Assembly: GCA_965198025.1 (NCBI GenBank)
Contig: OZ240237.1
Span: forward strand, 1,689,093 to 1,753,092
Reading direction: 5' to 3'
DNA from: Terriglobia bacterium
GTDB lineage: Bacteria; Acidobacteriota; Terriglobia; 2-12-FULL-54-10
Length of the DNA stretch: 64,000 nt
Shown: one piece after another, positions 30,545 through 38,262 of the stretch
Layout of the letters: each line of letters opens with the position of its first letter
Position numbering within the stretch: position 1 is the first letter of the stretch
Notes under the pieces: model-generated
Database searches by the model: none
What the model saw: only the letters and a program-made list of their open reading frames with translations
What the model was told of the DNA's origin: nothing
Translations under genes and position numbers: made by a program

Positions 30545-32008
30545 TCACCCAGTTTTGGTGGAAAAAGGGGCCCCGTAGCGGCTCATAAACTCCTCCGCGC
30601 TGCGCAGGGCTTCCTCATAGCCATAATTCCGAAACGCGTAGCCCTTAGCGACAAACGGAGCACCCGCGTAGAACATCTCATACTGGAGATGGCGGCCCGC
30701 GAACTCGGAGCCGACAATGTCCCATGCCAATTTGAAGAGCTTGACCCTTTCTTCCGAAGACGTATTGGGAGAGCGCAGATAGCGGTCCATGTCCGATTTG
30801 GTCAGGTCGCTGGTGAGATCGCGCCAGGACGCAGGAAGCTGGATGACACCTCCGCCGGCCAGTTCACGCAGCAGGAGGGTGGCTCGCGGATAGAGCTCGG
30901 CCTGGAGTCCCATCGCCCCATAGAGGAAGCGTGGGTTGGGTTTTGCTACGCCGTGGGCATCGAGTGAAAACGTGGACTCCGAAGCCAGGACCATTCCTTC
31001 GACCATACCGGCGAGCGAAGCGAGGTCGCCGAGCTTTTCCTGTACAGCGGGAATTTTTTCGATGCCGGTCACTTGCGTGATACGCCGGGCAACACCCAGC
31101 AGGAACTTCATTTTGACGGTCAGGCGAATCTGCGCCTGGGCGTTTCCGAGAACATGCGCTGCGGTCTCGAAGAATTGCCGGCGGACTTGCTGTACGTCGC
31201 GAAAAACAAATACGTTTTCCCAGGGGATCCACACATGATCGAAGACGATCAGGGCGTCGGTTTCATCAAAACGAGTCGAGAGCGGATAGTCGAAGCTGCT
31301 CGGCTGGTCGGAGGCGTAGGGCCGGCGGCAATAGACCTTGAGACCCGGCGTGCTCAACGGAACGACAAAGGAGACGGCGTATTGCTCGTCCTGGGGCGTG
31401 AGCGGCTTGATGCAACTGACGAAAAGCCAATCGGAAACAGCCGTGGCCGTGCCGAGCATCTGCGAACCGCACACGACCATGCCGCTTTCCTGTTCCTCCA
31501 GGACGCCGACCTGGAGCAGTTCTTCTCCCCAGCCGTGCGCCGTGACGCTGCGGTCGATCTGCGGTGGGATAATGACGTAGGTGACGAACAGGTCTTCTTC
31601 CACCACCTTGCGATAGAAGCGCGACACGTTTTGAGCGAATGGCCGGCCGGCTTGGTCGAAGATTTCCGGGGCACTGGCGAAACCTGCCAGAAAGCTTCCG
31701 ACGTGGTCCGGGCTGCGGCCTACGAAACCTTTTGAGACTTCCGCCCAGGTAGTAATGGCTCGGCGGCGTTCCTGCAGGTCGTCGAGCGACCGAGGGATCA
31801 TGAAGACCTTGTTCGCCGGCTTGCCGGTTTCCGGAGAGGTGCAGATCATTCCCTTCTCCGGATTGGCAGCCACGTCGTACAAGGTTGCGACTGTATCCGC
31901 AATGCCCTGGAAGGCCGGATGGCGGGAAACATCCAGCACGCGGGCGCCGTCGAGAATAACGGTCCTGTCATCTGCCAGCGATTGCAAGTACTCGGAACCG
32001 GTCCTCAT
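30545..32008 (-). CDS. 4-hydroxyphenylacetate 3-monooxygenase oxygenase-component (HpaB) / 4-hydroxybutyryl-CoA dehydratase family protein
   Basis: 488 aa from ATG 32008 (MRTGSEYLQSL...); the HpaB-family N-terminus and acyl-CoA-dehydrogenase-like fold blocks; the ATG overlaps the TGA of the upstream gene (ATGA). Confidence 0.8.
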   Translation of the reverse strand: MRTGSEYLQSLADDRTVILDGARVLDVSRHPAFQGIADTVATLYDVAANPEKGMICTSPETGKPANKVFMIPRSLDDLQERRRAITTWAEVSKGFVGRSPDHVGSFLAGFASAPEIFDQAGRPFAQNVSRFYRKVVEEDLFVTYVIIPPQIDRSVTAHGWGEELLQVGVLEEQESGMVVCGSQMLGTATAVSDWLFVSCIKPLTPQDEQYAVSFVVPLSTPGLKVYCRRPYASDQPSSFDYPLSTRFDETDALIVFDHVWIPWENVFVFRDVQQVRRQFFETAAHVLGNAQAQIRLTVKMKFLLGVARRITQVTGIEKIPAVQEKLGDLASLAGMVEGMVLASESTFSLDAHGVAKPNPRFLYGAMGLQAELYPRATLLLRELAGGGVIQLPASWRDLTSDLTKSDMDRYLRSPNTSSEERVKLFKLAWDIVGSEFAGRHLQYEMFYAGAPFVAKGYAFRNYGYEEALRSAEEFMSRYGAPFSTKTG

Positions 32009-32712
32009 AGACGCACCTCCACGCCAGAAAGCTGCTGCGGTTCGGCTGGACGGCGCATGCGGCACTCATACGAGAGCTTGCCGAAGCCGGGGACTTCCAG
32101 CTCACAGGCAAAGTAATCCGTGAAAGCAAATTTCCCGGACTGCAACGGAAGGGTTCCCATCAACAGGACTGTTCCCGCAAGGCCGGACGACAAATGCAAG
32201 CTTGTCAGGAGGTTCTGTGGGGCTAGCAACTGGCCGAGCTTACCGCATTGATAGAGCTCGCGGTCCGGTCCGGGCGCGGCCCAACTGCGCATCGTAATCT
32301 CGTCCCATACAGCGGCTATGTCATTGTACCGCCATACGTTCTTGCTCAGCGGCTTGGGCAGCTCCTTGGAACGAGCAATCGAGCGGCGCTCCTGTTCGCG
32401 ATCCGTAAAGTCCACGATCACTGACACCAGCGCGTCGTCCAGGCTGTCGCCGCGGAACAGAAGTGCCGGCTCGACTTCGCCCGAGATGGGGGCAACCGGA
32501 AACTGCAGATCCGTCTCTGTGGTGACCCACTCGGAAGCGAGGGGAAACAATGCCGGGACGCAGTCGGGAGGAGCAATGCCCTGCCGCTCCAGTTCCGCGA
32601 TGTGGGCGCGCATCTGCTCCCTATCGCGTCCGGTGTATCCGGCCACCAGAATCCGCCGGACGGAGAACTCGACCGGTGAATCATCCAGTTCGAGGATCAG
32701 CTGTTTTGCCAC
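32005..32712 (-). CDS. hypothetical protein, translationally coupled to the HpaB-like gene
   Basis: 235 aa with no recognisable catalytic motif; its stop overlaps the downstream start; possibly a conserved DUF that pairs with HpaB-like enzymes. Confidence 0.5.
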   Translation of the reverse strand: MAKQLILELDDSPVEFSVRRILVAGYTGRDREQMRAHIAELERQGIAPPDCVPALFPLASEWVTTETDLQFPVAPISGEVEPALLFRGDSLDDALVSVIVDFTDREQERRSIARSKELPKPLSKNVWRYNDIAAVWDEITMRSWAAPGPDRELYQCGKLGQLLAPQNLLTSLHLSSGLAGTVLLMGTLPLQSGKFAFTDYFACELEVPGFGKLSYECRMRRPAEPQQLSGVEVRL

Positions 32713-32789
32713 TGGGAAAGGCTACACCGAATCGGTAAAACTCCGCAACGCAGACGCAACGGCATTCTACTACGGCGGCTCAGGGGAGG

Positions 32790-33015
32790 CAGGAATGCCT
32801 GCCCCTACTTTAGGACAGGCGAAGAGCAGATCCCTCGTCACTGCGTTCCTCGGGATGACACGGCAAAGGAGAGTGGATAGGGAGATGGAACACAGGCCCT
32901 GGCGGGCTGTGCTCGAAGGGGACAGGCCAGAGGCCTGTCGCTACTTAGGACAGGCAAGAATGTTGGTCGCTGCCTGGTCGACAGGCCGGAGGCCTGTCGC
33001 TACTTGGCAGGCAGG
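32790..33015 (+). repeat. cluster of REP/MITE-like palindromic repeats (ggcaggaatgcctgcc hairpins; gacaggcc-nga-ggcctgtc-gctactt hairpins; a ~60-nt unit shared with 35737-35795)
   Basis: ggcaggaatgcctgcccctactt occurs at both ends of the region; gacaggccagaggcctgtcgctactt and gacaggccggaggcctgtcgctactt occur inside; gatgacacggcaaaggagagtggat.gggagatgga.cacaggccctggcgggctgtgctc is duplicated at 35737. Confidence 0.6.
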
Positions 33016-33034
33016 AATGCCTGCCCCCACTTGA

Positions 33035-34513
33035 CTACTCCCAGCCGTACTCCGGCCAGCGGCGGTCGACAAGTTCTTCATCTTCCGGAGCGGGTTGGAC
33101 GGTGGGGGGGAAACGCCCGCCCCATTCGGGCTTGGGATCGTACATCCAAGTGCGGGTGGCGTCGATCAAAACGCGGTTCCAGATGCCGGAGCCGAGCTTG
33201 CCCACGTCGCGTTCCTCCAGGGGCGAGGAAGGGTCGGCCGGGGAGCCGAACGAGCCGGGGAACACGACAAGATCGTCCTTGCCGGCGTTGACTCGGTACG
33301 CAATAGCCCAGTCGAGGGCTTCATAGTTGCTGATGTCAATGTCATCGTCGGTGACGATGACGTGCTTGTACCGCCAGCTGGCAGCGCCTGAGCCCCACAG
33401 AGCGGCGGCCACCTGCTTGGCATGTCCCTGGTAGCGTTTATTGATGGCAACACAAATATTGGTGCCGTTGGTCACCGGATGAACATGCACATTGGCGATG
33501 CCGGGAATGCCCTGCTGTTCGAGGATGTTCCACGCGATGGCCGCCCGCTGGATGGACGACATCATGCTATTTTCGGTGTAAGACCCGGGGAGGGTACCCT
33601 CCTGGGTGCCGCGCAGAATGGGATTGTTACGGTACGTGATGCACTCGACCCGGATGACCGGACGCGGCGTAGGAACGTCACCGGTGTGGCCGGTGTATTC
33701 GCCGAACGGACCTTCCGGCTCAAAGGTTTTGGGGTCCGGATCAATTACACCCTCGATGACAATTTCGGCGGCGGCGGGGACCAACAGATCACTGGTTTCG
33801 CAGCGCACTACGGAAAGCGGCTCGCCGCGGTAGCCGCCCATCACGTCGTATTCGCAGACGCCCGCCGGAACCGGGCTGCCGCTCAGGAAATCCATGATGG
33901 GATCGTAGCCGATTACGGCGGCAACGGGCATCGGCTGCTTTCTCTGGCGGTACTTGGTGAAGGTCTGGCCGCCGTGCTGGCTGGCGACAATCAGAACCGG
34001 GATGGTGCTGCGGCGTCCGATCATGCCGCGGTAGGTGCCGATGTTCTGGACGCCGGTGTCGGGGTCGCGCGTGACGATACCCGCGAAGGTAAGCAGGTAG
34101 CGGCCGCCGTCGCGGAAGTGCCATTTGGGCGCCGGGAACTGAGCAAGGTCCACCGCCTCCCCGCGCACGATGTTTTCCTTGACCGGACCCGTTTTCACTT
34201 CGGCTGGCGGGATCGCCTCGCGATTCTTTCCGCGGACGTACTGCACCAGATCGCGCGTAGGCACGTCCGGCGGCAGGCCCAGAACCATGGCCAGCCGGGA
34301 CCGCTTGTGCAGCAGGGCCGCAGCGAGCCTCCGGCAGGCAGTGTTGCGATGGTCCTGGATGTTCTCAAAGAGCAGCGCCGGGCCTTTGGAGGTGAACGAG
34401 CGCCGGGCAATCGCGCCAATTTCGCGGTCCCAGTTCACGACTGCGTTGATGCGCTTCAATTCCCCGGCCGCTTCAAAGCGGTCGAGCCAAGTTCTCAGAT
34501 CAGCGAATCCCAT
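33035..34513 (-). CDS. UbiD-family (prenylated-FMN dependent) aromatic acid decarboxylase
   Basis: 492 aa; UbiD N-terminal block MGFADLRTWLDRFEAAGELKRI...; conserved family regions along its length; no ubiX adjacent. Confidence 0.9.
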   Translation of the reverse strand: MGFADLRTWLDRFEAAGELKRINAVVNWDREIGAIARRSFTSKGPALLFENIQDHRNTACRRLAAALLHKRSRLAMVLGLPPDVPTRDLVQYVRGKNREAIPPAEVKTGPVKENIVRGEAVDLAQFPAPKWHFRDGGRYLLTFAGIVTRDPDTGVQNIGTYRGMIGRRSTIPVLIVASQHGGQTFTKYRQRKQPMPVAAVIGYDPIMDFLSGSPVPAGVCEYDVMGGYRGEPLSVVRCETSDLLVPAAAEIVIEGVIDPDPKTFEPEGPFGEYTGHTGDVPTPRPVIRVECITYRNNPILRGTQEGTLPGSYTENSMMSSIQRAAIAWNILEQQGIPGIANVHVHPVTNGTNICVAINKRYQGHAKQVAAALWGSGAASWRYKHVIVTDDDIDISNYEALDWAIAYRVNAGKDDLVVFPGSFGSPADPSSPLEERDVGKLGSGIWNRVLIDATRTWMYDPKPEWGGRFPPTVQPAPEDEELVDRRWPEYGWE

Positions 34514-34699
34514 CAGGTACTCCCGTGCCGTGCGAAACTCCGATTATAGACAAGAACGGACACGGAGACACGGTGATACTGAAATTCGGTAGTGTCTTAA
34601 TTTGGAGGGGAGGGCGATGGCTACTGAAAATCCGCCATGTTGACAATCTAATTGGAAGAACCGGATACTAACGGTACGGTGGGAAAGAGGGGGGGCGAG

Positions 34700-34978
34700 A
34701 TGTCACTGGCTGATCCCAGGGAAATCGCTAGAATTGCTGAGGAAATTTACAGGCAGAAATATAAAGAGCATTTCGAGAAAGCTCACTCTGGCAAGTTCGT
34801 TGTAATTGACATCCGAAGCAAAGAAGCTCATATAGGAGATTTCGCCGAGGAAGCGTTCGAGATAGCCAGAAAGAAAGCCCCCCATGGCGTATTCCACCTA
34901 ATTCGCATTGGCGCTCCAGGCGCATTCAGGGTGGGCTATGCCGGACAACAAGAAGACATCTGGGATTGGACACTTTGA
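34700..34978 (+). CDS. small hypothetical protein (~92 aa) of the kind found paired with retropepsin-like proteases (DUF5678-like; tentative)
   Basis: Strong RBS GAGGGGGGG before ATG 34700; protein MSLADPREIARIAEEIYRQKYKEHFEKAHSGKFVVIDIRSKEAHIGDF...; its 3' end overlaps the next ORF. Confidence 0.45.
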   Translation: MSLADPREIARIAEEIYRQKYKEHFEKAHSGKFVVIDIRSKEAHIGDFAEEAFEIARKKAPHGVFHLIRIGAPGAFRVGYAGQQEDIWDWTL

Positions 34979-35360
34979 CCAGCAGGGTAATGCTTGTTTG
35001 AAACTCCATATATGCGGGGTAAGGCATGATCCGCCAGGTCCAGAGTACGAAGCGATAATCGACACGGGATTCACTGGATTTATTCAACTCCCGTTGGCAG
35101 AAGCGTTGTCGCTTTCTCTTCCTTTGGAGGGAACCAACTCGGTGACATTGGCTGATGGAAAAAGCTTGGTCATGCTCACCGCGCTGGCTTGGGTGACTCT
35201 GATGGAAAGAACAGAAGCCGGAGTGGTTTTGTTGTCGATGTCCTCCAATGACATTCTTGTTGGAATGGATTTCTTGAGGCGATTTGAGAGATCATTGGTG
35301 GTTTCCAGACAATTAGGGGTTGTCCTGGTAGAAGAAAACGCGTGGCAGAAAAAGCCTTAA
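34938..35360 (+). CDS. retropepsin-like (clan AA) aspartic protease domain protein; start uncertain (34908 or 34938)
   Basis: Active-site motif IIDTGFTGFIQLP and a downstream LVGMDFLRRF flap/dimer region typical of bacterial retropepsin-like proteins. Confidence 0.65.
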   Translation: MPDNKKTSGIGHFDQQGNACLKLHICGVRHDPPGPEYEAIIDTGFTGFIQLPLAEALSLSLPLEGTNSVTLADGKSLVMLTALAWVTLMERTEAGVVLLSMSSNDILVGMDFLRRFERSLVVSRQLGVVLVEENAWQKKP

Positions 35361-35611
35361 TGCCCTGGAACCAGCCGGGACACCTCCCACACCTGCCTTA
35401 GCTGTCAAACGATTTTCCCATGAGGGCCTCTAGCGCCCTTCCAATCCCCTCGACGATACTCTTGTCCTCATCCTTCCAAGGATACCCGCCACGGGAAGAA
35501 ATCGATAGAGTGCTTAGCGGGATTCGCAGATGCCGGAACCTGCAGAACCCATCATGGAATCGCTCGACGATTTGGGCCTGCGGCCCTAAAGCCAAATCAG
35601 GACACTACCGG

Positions 35612-35830
35612 TTGGTGTCTTAATTTCAAAAGAGAAGAGCAGATCCCTCGTCGCCCCTCACCAACGGCTCGGCGAAACGACATCAATATGTCCGAAACGA
35701 CATCAATATGTCGTTTCGTGTCCTCGGGATGACACGGCAAAGGAGAGTGGATCGGGAGATGGAGCACAGGCCCTGGCGGGCTGTGCTCTATGGAGACAGG
35801 TCGGAGGCCTGTCGCTACTTTGCGGCTGCG
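35612..35830 (+). repeat. MITE/structured-element copy related to 32805-32950, plus a local direct repeat and perfect palindrome (gaaacgacatcaatatgtc x2)
   Basis: Shares gagcagatccctcgtc, gatgacacggcaaaggagagtggatcgggagatggagcacaggccctggcgggctgtgctc and gacaggtcggaggcctgtcgctactt with the 32.8 kb cluster. Confidence 0.55.
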
Positions 35831-35972
35831 CTACACCAAACCCTGAAAATGGTCTAGAATTCAGGCTGAGGAATTATCGAAGGCAACTGACAATACGAGA
35901 TACGCTATCGAAGGGACTTGCCATGTCGGGCCTCTGTAGCTACTATAGGGCTACATATTGGGAGGCGTCCAG

Positions 35973-36230
35973 ATGAGTTCCGATACGGTCGTTCGCGCTC
36001 GGATCGATAGCGACACTAAAGCACGGGCTACGGAAGCGCTTCAAGCCATGGGCCTGTCGGTATCCGATGCCATCCGTCTGCTGTTGCTGCGAGTGGCGAA
36101 TGAGAAACGGCTGCCATTCGCCGTCCGGGTGCCGAATGTCGCTACGGTCAAGGCAATGGAGGAACTGGGCGAGGGCAAGGGCAAACGCTTCGGCAACTCC
36201 GAGGAACTGTTCCGGGATCTCGGCGTCTGA
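35973..36230 (+). CDS. dinJ: type II antitoxin, DinJ/RelB family
   Basis: MSSDTVVRARIDSDTKARATEALQAMGLSVSDAIRLLLLRVANEKRLPF matches the RHH DinJ antitoxin fold; 2 nt upstream of the yafQ-like gene. Confidence 0.8.
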   Translation: MSSDTVVRARIDSDTKARATEALQAMGLSVSDAIRLLLLRVANEKRLPFAVRVPNVATVKAMEELGEGKGKRFGNSEELFRDLGV

Positions 36231-36232
36231 CA

Positions 36233-36499
36233 ATGCTGACCCCGGTTCGATCCACGCAGTTCAAACGCGACGTAAGAAGAGCCCAGAAGCGCGGCAAAGA
36301 TCTGATCAAGCTGCGGGTGTTGCTGGCGTCGTTGATCCAGCAGGAGCCGTTATCCGCCCGCTATCTCGATCATCCACTCAGGGGATTTGGGAAGGGCTAT
36401 CGGGAGGCCCATCTCGAGCCGAACTGGCTTTTGATTTACCGCACCGAAGGAGATGAATTGCATCTGGTCCGTACCGGCTGCCCATTCCGATCTCTTTAA
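36233..36499 (+). CDS. yafQ: type II toxin YafQ (RelE/ParE superfamily mRNA interferase)
   Basis: FKRDVRRAQKRGKDLIKLRVLLASLIQQEPLSARYLDHPLRGFGKGYREAHLEPNWLLIYR...LVRTGCPFRS is closely similar to YafQ proteins. Confidence 0.85.
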   Translation: MLTPVRSTQFKRDVRRAQKRGKDLIKLRVLLASLIQQEPLSARYLDHPLRGFGKGYREAHLEPNWLLIYRTEGDELHLVRTGCPFRSL

Positions 36500-36801
36500 G
36501 GAGTAAATCAGGAAGAGAGCTCTATTTATTTCGGCCTTATCTTTGAGAGCTTGCGACAGGCGCTACGACAGGAAGAGCACAGGCCAGTACGACAGGCCGG
36601 AGGTCTGTCGCTACCTGGGACCAGCGGGATGCTGGCGCTACGCTCTTCGGGATGACATGCTTTTGGTGGTGTCCTAATTTTTGCAAAATCAAGACACCGC
36701 CAAAATGGAAGATGCGGTGAAACAACCCTGTCGTTATAATAGAATAGTTACCAGACCGCCTTGGCGCTGCATTACGAAGCGACTTCCGGGAGGGCGAACC
36801 G

Positions 36802-38262
36802 ATGACACGAAGACAAGTTGGGATGGATTCCAAGGAAATTTTTTCCGCAGCCTTGGCCGGGATCATTGTGCTGAGCGCCGCCGTATTGTGGATGCGCTCC
36901 GTCCCGCTGCGCGAGTTACAAGCCAGCGCGGAGCGGGCAGGCCGGCAGCCGACGGGCACTGCGCAACTGGTCGCCGTGCAGACGATCCCGGGATGGGCGG
37001 AGGGCGAGATGTGCGAGTGGGTTCCGGCGAGCGCGGGATCGAACTTGCTGTCGTTGCTGCCGGAACCGCAGTCACAGGACGTGCCCACACGGAGCGGACC
37101 GGCACCGACACCAACCCCCGAGGAATTCGCAGAAGTCAACGCGCGTTCCCCGTTGCGCATGGTCAAGGACCACTATCCCTCCTACAGTTCGGTGGCGGTC
37201 GATTTGAAGAACAACGAAGTGATCATGACCGACGAGAGCACCTTCTCGATCCTGACCTATGACCGCATGACGAACACGCCGGCGAGCGCTGCGTTCAGCG
37301 AGCCGAAGCGGCGCATCGGCGGGCACCAGACCTGGATCGAGTATCAATGCGGCGTCTACGTGGATCAGGCCTCGGGGGACATCTATGCGGTAAACAACGA
37401 CACCGTGGACCGTCTGGTAGTCTTCTCTCGGGAGGCGCGGGGGGACGTGCCACCCGATCGCATCCTGCATACGCCGCACACGACCTACGGGATTGCGGTG
37501 GACGAGCCGCACCAGGAACTCTTTATGACGGTGCAGGAGGCGGCCGCGGTCAGCGTGTTTCGGAAGTTCGCCGCGGAGCACGAAGAACCGATCCGCCTGC
37601 TGCAGGGAGAGCGAACGCTGCTGGCGGACCCGCACGGGATTGCGGTGGACTCAACACGCGACCTGCTGTTCGTATCCAATTTCGGTTCCGTCTCCAGGAA
37701 AGACCCGACCCAGATCCGAGAAGACGCCACCGGATACTACGAGGGGACGGACAAGGCCAACTGGCCGCTGTCGCGGAACGCCGCCATCCCGGGGAGCGGC
37801 AAGTTCCTGCCTGCTTCGATTACCGTCTACCCGCGCGACGCCGAGGGTGACGTGGCCCCGATGCGCAAGATCGAAGGCTCCCGAACACAGTTGAACTGGC
37901 CGACGGCGCTGGTGGTGGATCCGGAGCGGGGAGACCTGTTCGTGGCCAACGATACCGGAGACTCCATCCTTGTGTTTGACGTCATGGCAAGCGGCAATGT
38001 GGCTCCCAAGCGCGTCATCAAAGGCCCACAGAGCATGATCAAGAGTCCCACGGGCGTCTTCTACGACTGGGAGCACGATGAGCTCTGGGTGGCGAATTTC
38101 GGGAATCACACGGCCACCGTCTATCCTGCCACGGCGTCGGGCGACGTGGCGCCTCTGCGCGTGGTTCGCAGCGCTCCGCGTAACACAGGCACGCCCAATA
38201 TCGGCAATGCCTATGCTCCGGCGTATGACTCGCGGCGTGATCAGATCATGGTGCCCAACTGA
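36802..38262 (+). CDS. membrane-anchored YVTN-like beta-propeller repeat protein, N-terminal part; ends at an in-frame TGA in the middle of a blade (probably one gene with 38263-39069)
   Basis: GGGAGGG RBS; N-terminal TM helix; repeated ~48-aa blades of the form GDVAP.R.I.G..T.L..P.G...D....EL.VAN......VF; the ORF stops at TGA 38260-38262 right after a ...MVPN turn. Confidence 0.7.
   Translation: MTRRQVGMDSKEIFSAALAGIIVLSAAVLWMRSVPLRELQASAERAGRQPTGTAQLVAVQTIPGWAEGEMCEWVPASAGSNLLSLLPEPQSQDVPTRSGPAPTPTPEEFAEVNARSPLRMVKDHYPSYSSVAVDLKNNEVIMTDESTFSILTYDRMTNTPASAAFSEPKRRIGGHQTWIEYQCGVYVDQASGDIYAVNNDTVDRLVVFSREARGDVPPDRILHTPHTTYGIAVDEPHQELFMTVQEAAAVSVFRKFAAEHEEPIRLLQGERTLLADPHGIAVDSTRDLLFVSNFGSVSRKDPTQIREDATGYYEGTDKANWPLSRNAAIPGSGKFLPASITVYPRDAEGDVAPMRKIEGSRTQLNWPTALVVDPERGDLFVANDTGDSILVFDVMASGNVAPKRVIKGPQSMIKSPTGVFYDWEHDELWVANFGNHTATVYPATASGDVAPLRVVRSAPRNTGTPNIGNAYAPAYDSRRDQIMVPN
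38260..38262 (+). other. in-frame UGA inside a beta-propeller blade: candidate selenocysteine codon or programmed readthrough site
   Basis: TGA is followed directly by GTG in the same frame; the identical arrangement (aac tga gtg ... cac ccg cag att gc) is seen in the paralog at 59111-59113. Confidence 0.4.

Noticed and set aside
38260-38262. Alternative explanation of the propeller TGA as a sequencing error or recent pseudogenisation
   Set aside because: The identical TGA-GTG arrangement occurs in a diverged paralog at 59111-59113 with both halves intact. An error or recent nonsense mutation would not be duplicated and preserved like this.
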